A program made the position numbers and the translations under genes. Below, piece by piece: positions 26,079 through 34,174 of a stretch of 64,000 nt of DNA. The notes below the pieces were generated by a model. It had not been told where the DNA came from. It did no database searches and saw only the letters and a program-made list of their open reading frames with translations. This DNA comes from Eubacteriales bacterium (GTDB lineage Bacteria > Bacillota > Clostridia > Oscillospirales > CAG-272), in assembly GCA_045593725.1 (NCBI GenBank), contig JAZNXE010000008.1, positions 855-64,854 on the forward strand, in the 5' to 3' direction. Each line of letters begins with the position of its first letter. Position 1 is the stretch's first letter.

Positions 26079-27986
26079 TCATACGCTATCGTGTATTATA
26101 TCCTTCAGCTTTTTGCAAATGTCATTTCTTCCCACGCCTGCCATATCATATATAGAGCGTCCCTTCTCTGTGTGAGAAACAAAGCTATCGTCAGTGGCAA
26201 GAATATCATACATAATACCCATTTGTAGAAAATACCCTCTTAGCTTATCGCAGAGATTCATTCCCATGCCGCCCGAGCGTATTTCCTCCTCAAGGAACAA
26301 AACGCCTTTGACATTCTCGGGAAGACTGTTCTTAACCAGCTCGGCGCTCTCACCGTAAGGCTTTAGCATTTCAAGAAGGATAATCCCCACGGACAATCCC
26401 TCTCCCATAAGCTCATCAGCTGCCACCATTGCCTCTGCAACTATCCTTCCGTGAGTTACAATAACCGCGTCCTTCTTCTCATCCACAGAGAAATCGCGCT
26501 TGAGTCCTAGGTCCGAATAGTCGGCGTTTTTATAGAATCGGTTTATAACCTCGGCGCTTTCGCTTCCGCTGGGGTATCTCACCGCCGCGGGAGCAGAAGA
26601 AGCAAACGCCGCCGAAAGTGAAGCACGCAGTCCTTCATAGGTTATGGGTGTATAAATCACCATTTTGGGTATGTGGGAAAGAAATGCCACGTCAAAAATT
26701 CCGTGGTGGGTAGCTCCGTCCTTAGGATTAAGCCCCGCTCTGTCAATGGCTATAACCACTCCAAGCTCCTGAAGGGCTACGTCGTGAATAATATTATCGT
26801 AAGCTCTTTGCAAAAACGTAGAATATATAGCCGCGCAGGGCTTCATTCCGTTAGCCGCAAGACCCGCCGCGAAGGTAAGAGCGTGTTCCTCGGCAATTCC
26901 CACGTCAAAGAATCTGTCGGGATGCGTTGCCTTCCACTCTTCAAGTCCTGTCCCGTCGCTCATAGCTGCGGTTATGGCGCATATTTTTTCGTTTTCTCCG
27001 CCAAGTCGGGTAAGCTCACTGCCGAAAACACCTGAAAAAGTATCCTTAATGGAAACCTTCGAGCCTGCGGGCTGCATTCCGTGAAAATCAGAAGGCTCGA
27101 CCTCTGCGGGGGTATATCCTTTGCCCTTTTTGGTCTTTACGTGAACGAGAACGCTTTCGTTGAGCTTTTTTGCCTCACGGAGAAGCTTTTCCACAGCCGA
27201 CAAATCATTTCCGTCAACAGGTCCGAGATAAGTAAGCCCCATATTTTCAAAATAATTAGAGCCATAAATAGCGTTTTTAAAGAAAATCTTTACGGATTTC
27301 ATTCCGTTAAAGATATATTTACCCACCAAGGGTATCTTTTTTAAAAAAGAACCTGTGACACGCTTTGTTTTGAGATATCCTGAGCTTGCTCTGAGTATGG
27401 AAAGATTTTTTGCAAAGCGACCCGTATTGCGGGATATTGACATCTCGTTTTCGTTAAGCAGGATGATGAGCTTCAGGTCCTTTCGGCAATTATTAAGCGC
27501 CTCGTGTATCATTCCTCCCGTAAAGGCACCGTCACCTACTACTGCTACCGTATAAGCGTCAGAGCCGCTTATCTTATCGGATATAGCAAATCCCAAAGCG
27601 GCAGAAAGCGAGGTTGAGCTATGTCCCGCCCCAAAGCAGTCGTGCTCACTCTCCTCCCTTTTCATAAAGCCGCTGATGCCCCCGGCGGTGCGTATGCCGT
27701 CAAATCGGTCATATCTTCCCGTAAGCATCTTATGGACGTAGCTTTGGTGTCCAACGTCAAAAATCACGTGGTCTTTGGGGGTTTCAAACACCCTGTGTAT
27801 AGCCATAGTAAGCTCTACCACGCCAAGATTTGACGCAAGATGTCCTCCGTTGTTGGAAATAACGCGGACAAGCTCTCCGCGTATCTCTGCGGCTACCCCC
27901 TCAAGCTCTTTTTGGGGAATTGCCTTAAAATCCTCGGGAGAGCGGATATTTTTTAGATATTCTGTTTTTATACCGTTGGATGGCAC
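26079..27986 (-). CDS. dxs: 1-deoxy-D-xylulose-5-phosphate synthase
   Basis: 635 aa. GGHLASNLGVVELTMAIHRVF, DVGHQSYVHKMLTGR, and TPP motif GDGAFTGGM. Confidence 0.93.
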   Translation of the reverse strand: MPSNGIKTEYLKNIRSPEDFKAIPQKELEGVAAEIRGELVRVISNNGGHLASNLGVVELTMAIHRVFETPKDHVIFDVGHQSYVHKMLTGRYDRFDGIRTAGGISGFMKREESEHDCFGAGHSSTSLSAALGFAISDKISGSDAYTVAVVGDGAFTGGMIHEALNNCRKDLKLIILLNENEMSISRNTGRFAKNLSILRASSGYLKTKRVTGSFLKKIPLVGKYIFNGMKSVKIFFKNAIYGSNYFENMGLTYLGPVDGNDLSAVEKLLREAKKLNESVLVHVKTKKGKGYTPAEVEPSDFHGMQPAGSKVSIKDTFSGVFGSELTRLGGENEKICAITAAMSDGTGLEEWKATHPDRFFDVGIAEEHALTFAAGLAANGMKPCAAIYSTFLQRAYDNIIHDVALQELGVVIAIDRAGLNPKDGATHHGIFDVAFLSHIPKMVIYTPITYEGLRASLSAAFASSAPAAVRYPSGSESAEVINRFYKNADYSDLGLKRDFSVDEKKDAVIVTHGRIVAEAMVAADELMGEGLSVGIILLEMLKPYGESAELVKNSLPENVKGVLFLEEEIRSGGMGMNLCDKLRGYFLQMGIMYDILATDDSFVSHTEKGRSIYDMAGVGRNDICKKLKDIIHDSV

Positions 27987-28062
27987 AGTATCCGTCCTCC
28001 TTTATTTTCTCTATCACGGCGAAAGCCGAAGCTTTTAACTTCGACTTTCACATTTTTAGCTA

Positions 28063-29736
28063 TTATCCTCTTTCAAATGCGGCGCGCATTGCCGAAAGCT
28101 TTATCTCTGCGGTAGCCTTGTCCTTTGCTCTCACAGAAAAGTAGAATTTACACTTAGGCTCGGTTCCGCTGGGACGTACCGCAACCCAGCTTCCGTCAGC
28201 GAGAACAAAACGAAGAACGTTTGACGGTGGGAAGCCCTCAGCCGCCATTTCGTCGGAAAGATAATCCTCTATCTTCTCAACGGCTATATCTCCCGCTTTT
28301 TTAGGAGCGTCGTATCGAAGTCCGTCAACCAGCGCCTTTATCTTATCCGCACCGTCTATTCCCTTAAAAGCAAAATTATCAAGGGCATCAAGATAAAATC
28401 CGTGCTTAGCGTAAAGCTCCTCAAGAACGTCAAAAAGGGTCTTTCCCTGTTGGTTATAGTACGCCGTCGCCTCACAAAGCATAAGAGATGCCTGTACCGC
28501 GTCCTTGTCGCGGACAAACTCCGAAACAAGGCATCCGTAGCTCTCCTCGTATCCAAATACAAACTGACGGTCACCCTTGGTTTCGTGCTGATATATCTTA
28601 TCGCCTATAAACTTAAATCCCGTAAGTGTCTTTTCGGTAGCTACGCCGTATTCGGCACAAACTCTGTCGCCGAGGTCCGAGGTAACCACTGTATTGAACA
28701 TAACACCGTTTTTGGGAAGAGTTCCCTGTGCCGCTCTCTGTGAAAGTATATACTCAAGAAGAACCGCCGCCGACTGGTTACCCGTCATACGCACGTATTC
28801 ACCGTCCTTCTTTACAGCAACACCCAAGCGGTCGCAGTCGGGGTCGGTGGTGATAACTATATCCGCATCCGCCCTCTTGGCATATTCAAACGCCAGCTTG
28901 TAAGCGCCGTCGGTCTCGGGATTGGGATTTTCTGTCTTGCTGAACTCGGTATCGGGAGCGCACTGCTCCTCTACGGGTATCACGTTGTATCCAAGTCTGC
29001 TCAGCACCTCTCTTACTGGCACGTTACCTGTACCGTGCTGGGGAGAGTAAACTATCTTTATATCCTTCTTTACGTTGGGATTGACCGATATGCTCATTAC
29101 CTTTTCATAGTATTTTTCATCTATGGAAGCATCGAGAAGCTCAATAAGCTCTCCAGCCTCTTCTCTGCTTAGGGATTTCACAGAAAGGGGGTCGGAAATC
29201 TTATTTATCTCAGCTACAACAAGGTCGTTCACATCGGGAATGAGCTGACATCCGCGCTCGTCATAAAGCTTATATCCATTATATTCGGGGGGGTTGTGAG
29301 ATGCTGTAATAACCACTCCGCCAAATGCTCCAAGCTCACGCACCGCGAAGGAAAGCTCGGGAGTGGGTCGAAGAGAGTCAAATATATACGCCTTTACTCC
29401 GTTAGCCGCAAGAACGCCCGCGGTTTCAAGACAGAACTCCACGCTGAATCGGCGGTTATCATGAGCTATAACAACTCCGCGTCTGCAAGCATCCTCTCCC
29501 GCTTTTTTTATATATTCAGCAAAGCCCTTAGTGGTCTTTCTCACAATATATTTATTTATTCTGTTAGTTCCAACACCGAGGATTCCACGAAGTCCGCCCG
29601 TGCCAAACTCTATATCGTAGAGAAATCTTTCCTTTATTTCTTTATCATTATCCGCCATAGCGAGAAGCTCTGCTCTGTCAGCCTCGTCGATATTTTTGCT
29701 CTCGCACCAGCTTTTGTATTTTTCAATATAACTCAT
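28063..29736 (-). CDS. Phosphoglucomutase/phosphomannomutase-family phospho-sugar mutase (PgcA-like)
   Basis: 557 aa. Active-site ITASHNPPEYNGYK, Mg loop TTDPDCDR, and GYEESYG. Confidence 0.88.
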   Translation of the reverse strand: MSYIEKYKSWCESKNIDEADRAELLAMADNDKEIKERFLYDIEFGTGGLRGILGVGTNRINKYIVRKTTKGFAEYIKKAGEDACRRGVVIAHDNRRFSVEFCLETAGVLAANGVKAYIFDSLRPTPELSFAVRELGAFGGVVITASHNPPEYNGYKLYDERGCQLIPDVNDLVVAEINKISDPLSVKSLSREEAGELIELLDASIDEKYYEKVMSISVNPNVKKDIKIVYSPQHGTGNVPVREVLSRLGYNVIPVEEQCAPDTEFSKTENPNPETDGAYKLAFEYAKRADADIVITTDPDCDRLGVAVKKDGEYVRMTGNQSAAVLLEYILSQRAAQGTLPKNGVMFNTVVTSDLGDRVCAEYGVATEKTLTGFKFIGDKIYQHETKGDRQFVFGYEESYGCLVSEFVRDKDAVQASLMLCEATAYYNQQGKTLFDVLEELYAKHGFYLDALDNFAFKGIDGADKIKALVDGLRYDAPKKAGDIAVEKIEDYLSDEMAAEGFPPSNVLRFVLADGSWVAVRPSGTEPKCKFYFSVRAKDKATAEIKLSAMRAAFERG

Positions 29737-29979
29737 ATGACCTCTCCTATTAAAAAACTACCCCAATATTATATACCATTTTTTTTAATTTTTCAATACT
29801 AAAATACAAATTATTCAAAAAAGGAAATATTTTTTCTGTTTTTTGACCACATAGACGTCAAAAGGAGCTGAGTCATTTAGATGCAGAGATTTGGTTCTCG
29901 TCGGCGTACAAAGGTACGCCAGAGAGTCAAAATGCGGCTAAAAAACACACATAAAAATCGAAATTCGCAAGAATTTCTA

Positions 29980-30022
29980 CAAAAAACACCGCTTTACTAC
30001 CAAATCCTGATAGCAAAGCGGT
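29980..30022 (-). terminator. Rho-independent terminator of the Cys-rich gene
   Basis: Stem ACCGCTTT..CTA/TAG..AAAGCGGT, followed on the minus strand by GTTTTTTGT. Confidence 0.7.
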
Positions 30023-30083
30023 ATTTTCTATTATTTACTTTCGTGTGTTTTTGTTCTGCGCTAAATGAAGCAGCACCTTACTT

Positions 30084-30920
30084 TTAGCAGCCGCACTTAC
30101 CGCCGTGGTCACCCTTTAGAAGGGGTACATATCCCGGAGGGCAAAATTCTGCCGTGGGGAAAGCCATATTTTTGAAAATAGCGCAAGGGTCATCCTCCTC
30201 GGGAGAGATGCACACCTTGTCGGGAACACAATATTCGGTTGCGTTTATAAGATACTGTCCCGGTCTTACTATCCTTACTACCGAGAAGATACCCAATGAA
30301 ACGGTGACATACCGACCATCGGAATCGCTGAGGTCACCGTGAATGTGGCGTCCTACGCCGTCGGGAATATCATTGCAGCAGCAACAGCAGCAACAGCAGC
30401 AATCATCCGCTTCCCTTACCTTGCTGTTGAGAATAACGGGATCTACGACCTCTACAATTGCTGTGGGCACGTTCTTGGTCGCGCAGCAGGGCTCGGGTAT
30501 TGCGCAATAGTCAGAGGCTTCCGCACTGCTCTTAAATATGCTCACGTTGCTCTCTCCGCCATAGAGTATGACTCTCTTTTCAAGCACGGCTATACCTTCA
30601 AATTCCTGACTCTTGCCACCGCACAAGCAGGCTTCAAAGGTTATCTTAATGTAAAACTTAATTGTTACCGAGTAAAATCCGCGGTTGAATTTTATGGGGT
30701 CTATACCGATATAGGTCCATGTGATACAAGCGTTCTTGGCACGTACGTTGGTGGTATGCTGAATTATATCGTTTCCGAAATCGGTCAGAAGCACCTTTAC
30801 GTCCTCGAAACAGTCCTTATCGCGACAGGAATCCAATATACGATTCACTTCTACACAGACCGTTTCATTTTTCGAGGTATTCTTGTCAGAAATACCGCAA
30901 GGAAATCTGCTATCTTGCAT
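30084..30920 (-). CDS. Cysteine-rich protein of unknown function with an uninterrupted Cys9 run
   Basis: 278 aa, about 25 Cys, no signal peptide or TM. ...READDCCCCCCCCCNDIP..., C-terminal GGKCGC, N-terminal CVEVNRILDSCRDKDC. RBS AAGGAGG. Monocistronic. Confidence 0.8.
   Translation of the reverse strand: MQDSRFPCGISDKNTSKNETVCVEVNRILDSCRDKDCFEDVKVLLTDFGNDIIQHTTNVRAKNACITWTYIGIDPIKFNRGFYSVTIKFYIKITFEACLCGGKSQEFEGIAVLEKRVILYGGESNVSIFKSSAEASDYCAIPEPCCATKNVPTAIVEVVDPVILNSKVREADDCCCCCCCCCNDIPDGVGRHIHGDLSDSDGRYVTVSLGIFSVVRIVRPGQYLINATEYCVPDKVCISPEEDDPCAIFKNMAFPTAEFCPPGYVPLLKGDHGGKCGC
30375..30401 (-). repeat. (TGY)9 trinucleotide tract encoding Cys9
   Basis: The plus strand reads GCAGCAGCAACAGCAGCAACAGCAGCA, in frame with the CDS. 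Confidence 0.95.
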
Positions 30921-31027
30921 AATCGTTCCTCCTTAAGAATTTGAGCGTGGCTCTTCCTTAACATAATATGCACAAGGTGCTAATTTGACAATCCGAGAAA
31001 AAACTTTTATAAAAACGAAAAAAGTAC

Positions 31028-31055
31028 TTGACAATTTCAAAAAATATAGTATAAT
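31028..31055 (+). promoter_or_regulatory. Near-consensus sigma-A promoter driving the tRNA-Leu transcription unit
   Basis: TTGACA (31028-31033), 16-nt spacer, TATAAT (31050-31055). Confidence 0.65.
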
Positions 31056-31081
31056 AGTGATGTTGCGAAAGCAACAGACTC

Positions 31082-31249
31082 TATACGCGAGAGTGGCGGA
31101 ACTGGCAGCTTCGAAAACGAGCGCGCCCTGTGGGCGATAAAGCGAGTTTGAGAAGGCGCACAAACAAGGAGTATGGGACACGGCAGTGTCATAGACGACT
31201 ATGTTTGAAGCCGTATCGCGGGCGCGGCTGCCTTAAAAGCCAAAAATAA
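31082..31249 (+). ncRNA. Roughly 170-nt structured leader that begins with a 27-nt copy of the tRNA-Leu 5' end (tRNA-derived element or pseudo-tRNA fragment); function unknown
   Basis: 31082-31108 is identical to 31250-31276 (TATACGCGAGAGTGGCGGAACTGGCAG). After that the sequence diverges. Potential long-range helix GGCAGC..GCGCGCCC (31104-31128) with GGGCGCGGCTGCC (31220-31232). No T-arm and no 3' acceptor strand. Confidence 0.45.
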
Positions 31250-31254
31250 TATAC

Positions 31255-31338
31255 GCGAGAGTGGCGGAACTGGCAGACGCGCACGTTTGAGGGGCGTGTG
31301 GTTACACCGTACGGGTTCAAGTCCCGTTTCTCGCACCA
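31255..31338 (+). tRNA. tRNA-Leu (anticodon GAG), class II with long variable arm, CCA encoded
   Basis: GCGAGAG acceptor stem, anticodon stem CACGT/GCGTG with loop TTGAGGG, variable arm TGGTTACACCGTAC, T-arm ACGGG-TTCAAGT-CCCGT, and 3' TTCTCGC-A-CCA. Confidence 0.9.
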
Positions 31339-31343
31339 AAAAA

Positions 31344-31376
31344 CAGGAGATACCGTTTGGTATCTCCTGTTTTTTG
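31344..31376 (+). terminator. Rho-independent terminator after tRNA-Leu
   Basis: CAGGAGATACC-GTTT-GGTATCTCCTG followed by TTTTTTG. Confidence 0.9.
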
Positions 31377-31506
31377 TCTGATACCGCCGACAAATAAGCT
31401 ATGTGGCTTTTGTCCCTAATATAAAAATATAAATTTACAAAATAATAAACATTTTTTCTATATTTTATGTTATAATTATTTAACTGTTTACATTAGGGGG
31501 CACAAA

Positions 31507-32340
31507 ATGAACCAATTCACAGAATATCCGCTCAAAAAAGAAAAAGCGCCAAAGCTGTTTCTTATCATAATGCTTTTCTTTTGCTTTCTTCCTGTAATAC
31601 TTAACTGTGTTTTGATATCTCCGTTATATATGAAGCTTAACGCCGACGTTCTGTTTTCGGATTCGGCTATAATACATATACTTGACTACTCTATGGACTT
31701 TTTGGATATAGTAGCCTTCTCCGTATCCTACGCCCTCATAATCTTCTCCGTGCTTCTTCTTTCAAAAAAGACGGCTCGCTTCATAGTTTTGCTATATACC
31801 TTGGCTTTTGCCATGCAGATACCTATAAAGATATTTATGAACATCCCCCTTAACGGTTCTCTTGGCTCTGTTGAGGAAATAATTATAGATATAATTTATC
31901 TTTCAATATATTTTGTCCTGTTTATGCTCCAGCTTTTGGCTGTATATCTTTTCGCCGCTACCGATACCAATAAATATCTGCGTTATATGGAATTTAGCAA
32001 AAAGAAGGCGAACAAAAAGAATGTATCCTCCCCCGAGGAATGTTCTGTTATGCCTTTTAATCGTTTTTTCCGTAAAAGCAACCCCTTGCAACGCTCGGCT
32101 CTTAAAATGAGTCTTTTGATATTCTTTATAAGGCTTATGTCACGTTTAATCAATGATATATCCTACGGCGCTCCCCAGTCAATCGGTGAGGTACTTATAA
32201 TGGCGGTTTATTATTTGTCGGATGCGCTCTATGGGATTGTGGCGTACATTGTAGCGTTGCTTGTCTTCTCCTTCGTGTACGAAAGACTTGCCAACAAAAA
32301 AGCGGACGAAGCCGCCGCTCCGCCCGCTGAACATATCTAA
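31507..32340 (+). CDS. Hypothetical polytopic membrane protein
   Basis: 277 aa, about 6 TM, with a Lys-rich loop (SKKKANKKN). RBS GGGGG. I recognise no family. Confidence 0.6.
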   Translation: MNQFTEYPLKKEKAPKLFLIIMLFFCFLPVILNCVLISPLYMKLNADVLFSDSAIIHILDYSMDFLDIVAFSVSYALIIFSVLLLSKKTARFIVLLYTLAFAMQIPIKIFMNIPLNGSLGSVEEIIIDIIYLSIYFVLFMLQLLAVYLFAATDTNKYLRYMEFSKKKANKKNVSSPEECSVMPFNRFFRKSNPLQRSALKMSLLIFFIRLMSRLINDISYGAPQSIGEVLIMAVYYLSDALYGIVAYIVALLVFSFVYERLANKKADEAAAPPAEHI

Positions 32341-33221
32341 GAAAGTAATTTTTGTAGAAGCGCTATCTTATTTCCCGAATATTCGTATGCTCCCTTAAAA
32401 TCTCCCGTTTCCTTGCAGCATATCTCAAGGTCGCAGAAAACAAAGTAAAGCATTGGCTCGGGCAGGTCGAAGCTATCCTCAAAAAGCAATCTGTGGAGTA
32501 CGCTCTTAGCCTCCTCATACTCGCCGCCCTCCATCTTCATCCGTGCTTTTATGTGAAGCGCGTAAGAGCTATCCTCGGGAAGCAATTCTACCCGTTGCTC
32601 AAGACAAGGGACATCCGCCAACGACTCTCCTTCACAGGCGCAAAAAATACAAGAATATACAAAAAAGCTATGATTCGCAAGAAAAGGTCTGATTTCTCCC
32701 TCATCCGCCTCTGAATACAGCGTGGGGGATATTACGCTCATATAATCAAAATAGGCTCTTGCCTCAGATTCTATGACCTGAGTATTATACACCGTGTTGC
32801 CACAAAGGGTGAATCCTTCGTCAAGCAGCTCTGCCGCATGACGCAAATTTCCCGCGCGGAACTCCTCAATTCCAACCCTTACACAGCACTCGGCTTCGAT
32901 AAGCGTAAGCTCATCGTCGTGCCATTCGGAATTACGGCACATCTCTCTGCAAAGACGGAAATCCTTATGACGGTACATCTTTTTTATATTGTCTATCTCT
33001 TGCGCCTTAAAGTAAAGTGCTTCGTCTTCCTCTTCTGCCAAAAGAAAGCCGGGGGAAACGTTGAGCCTTGCTGCAATATATCTGACCGTTCCCATAGAGG
33101 GCTGCGCCGCTCCGTTTTCTATTCGGCTGAGCATATTTCGGGTTATTTCACTTCCCGCAAGCTCTGCCTGAGTCATAAGCTTTGCGGTACGCAATCTTTT
33201 TACCTTCTCTCCAAACTCCAT
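32337..33221 (-). CDS. XRE-family HTH regulator with a C-terminal helical-repeat (TPR-like) domain
   Basis: MEFGEKVKRLRTAKLMTQAELAG..ISRIENG HTH_XRE, followed by a roughly 220-aa helical domain. Start set at ATG 33221 (GGTGA upstream). A 4-bp tail-to-tail overlap with the membrane protein gene. Confidence 0.75.
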   Translation of the reverse strand: MEFGEKVKRLRTAKLMTQAELAGSEITRNMLSRIENGAAQPSMGTVRYIAARLNVSPGFLLAEEEDEALYFKAQEIDNIKKMYRHKDFRLCREMCRNSEWHDDELTLIEAECCVRVGIEEFRAGNLRHAAELLDEGFTLCGNTVYNTQVIESEARAYFDYMSVISPTLYSEADEGEIRPFLANHSFFVYSCIFCACEGESLADVPCLEQRVELLPEDSSYALHIKARMKMEGGEYEEAKSVLHRLLFEDSFDLPEPMLYFVFCDLEICCKETGDFKGAYEYSGNKIALLQKLLS

Positions 33222-33330
33222 ACTATCACCACACATCTAACGTTTTTTACATCATTAATTTTATCACAAAGACCTTCAAAAATCAAGAGGTCTTATCTCT
33301 TTTATTTCATTATTATTTTAAGGAGCTTTT

Positions 33331-34026
33331 ATGACTATCAAGGGACTTCAAAAAACCACTCTTCTCGACTTCCCCGGCAAGGTAGCCTGTACCGTCTTTA
33401 CCGCGGGCTGTAACTTCCGCTGTCCTTTTTGCCACAACGCGTCTTTAGTTACAAGACCTGAGGACGTTGAGGAAATCTCTGAGGAAAGCTTTTTCAGTTA
33501 TATCTCAAAAAGGAAAGGAATACTGGACGGTGTATGTATAACGGGCGGCGAGCCGCTTCTTTCCTTCGGAATTGAGGATTTTATACGAAAAATCAAGGAT
33601 ATGGGGTTTTTGGTAAAGCTGGACACTAACGGCGCGTATCCCCATAAGCTTGAAGCGTTGCTTGACGAGGGGCTTGTAGATTACGTAGCGATGGATATAA
33701 AAAACTCAAAAGAAAAATACGCCGAAACTATCGGGCTTCGTGAATTTCCCGAAAATGTGGAAAAAAGTATAGACATAATTATGAATAAGGCTCCCGACTA
33801 CGAATTCAGGACAACGGTGGTGCGTGAGCTGCACACACCCCAAGATATTGTGTCTATGGCTCAATGGATAAAAAACGCAAAACGCTACTTCTTGCAAACC
33901 TACGTAGATTCGGGTGATATATTGTGTGAGGGATTTTCGGCGTACAGTGCCTCGGAAATGCTCCAAATGCTTGAAATATCAAGAAAAATACTGCCCTGCA
34001 CGGTTTTACGGGGAGTTGACTCTTAA
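33331..34026 (+). CDS. nrdG: Anaerobic ribonucleotide reductase activating protein (radical SAM)
   Basis: 231 aa. TLLDFPGKVACTVFTAGCNFRCPFCHN (CxxxCxxC cluster motif). RBS AAGGAG. Confidence 0.9.
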   Translation: MTIKGLQKTTLLDFPGKVACTVFTAGCNFRCPFCHNASLVTRPEDVEEISEESFFSYISKRKGILDGVCITGGEPLLSFGIEDFIRKIKDMGFLVKLDTNGAYPHKLEALLDEGLVDYVAMDIKNSKEKYAETIGLREFPENVEKSIDIIMNKAPDYEFRTTVVRELHTPQDIVSMAQWIKNAKRYFLQTYVDSGDILCEGFSAYSASEMLQMLEISRKILPCTVLRGVDS

Positions 34027-34035
34027 TGCCCTTCA

Positions 34036-34051
34036 CCACAATATATAGTGT
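34036..34051. promoter_or_regulatory. NrdR box 1
   Basis: CCACAATATATAGTGT matches the 16-bp palindromic NrdR operator consensus (acaCwAtATaTwGtgt). Confidence 0.7.
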
Positions 34052-34068
34052 TTATCACTAAAAAATAT

Positions 34069-34084
34069 ATCAATATATTGTGAT
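34069..34084. promoter_or_regulatory. NrdR box 2
   Basis: ATCAATATATTGTGAT. Centre-to-centre distance from box 1 is about 33 bp (about three helical turns), the usual tandem arrangement. Confidence 0.65.
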
Positions 34085-34093
34085 TTCTCACAA

Positions 34094-34122
34094 TTGACAT
34101 TTTTCGATTTCTGTTGTATACT
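34094..34122 (+). promoter_or_regulatory. Sigma-A promoter of nrdD
   Basis: TTGACA (34094-34099), 17-nt spacer, TATACT (34117-34122). Confidence 0.6.
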
Positions 34123-34174
34123 TGTATATGCAGGAATTTTTAATAAAAATATAAATATAAACAGGAGGACAAAA

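Noticed and set aside
28020-28050. Hairpin GAAAGCCGAAG-N6-CTTCGACTTTC between the phosphoglucomutase and dxs genes, considered as a terminator
   Set aside because: On the coding (minus) strand it is not followed by a U-tract. The T-run is on the non-coding side. At most it is a processing or stability element, so it is not reported as a terminator.
29881-30087. 68-aa basic ORF (MQRFGSRRRTKVRQRVK...) between the phosphoglucomutase and the Cys-rich gene
   Set aside because: The nearest AGGAG is about 14 nt from the ATG, which is too far. The ORF runs through the minus-strand terminator hairpin (29980-30022) and into the convergent gene. It is more likely non-coding.
31082-31338. Possibility that the tRNA-Leu locus is a single intron-containing (group I) or permuted tRNA gene
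   Set aside because: The second copy alone is a complete, canonical tRNA with CCA. The break point of the first copy lies in the D-loop, not the anticodon loop. The intervening about 140 nt is far too short for a group I intron, and I see no P7/P3-like core.
31199-31393. 64-aa minus-strand ORF. A further ORF at 30933-31181 covers the tRNA leader.
   Set aside because: They are antisense to tRNA-Leu, its terminator and its promoter/leader. They are artefacts of the GC-rich RNA sequence.
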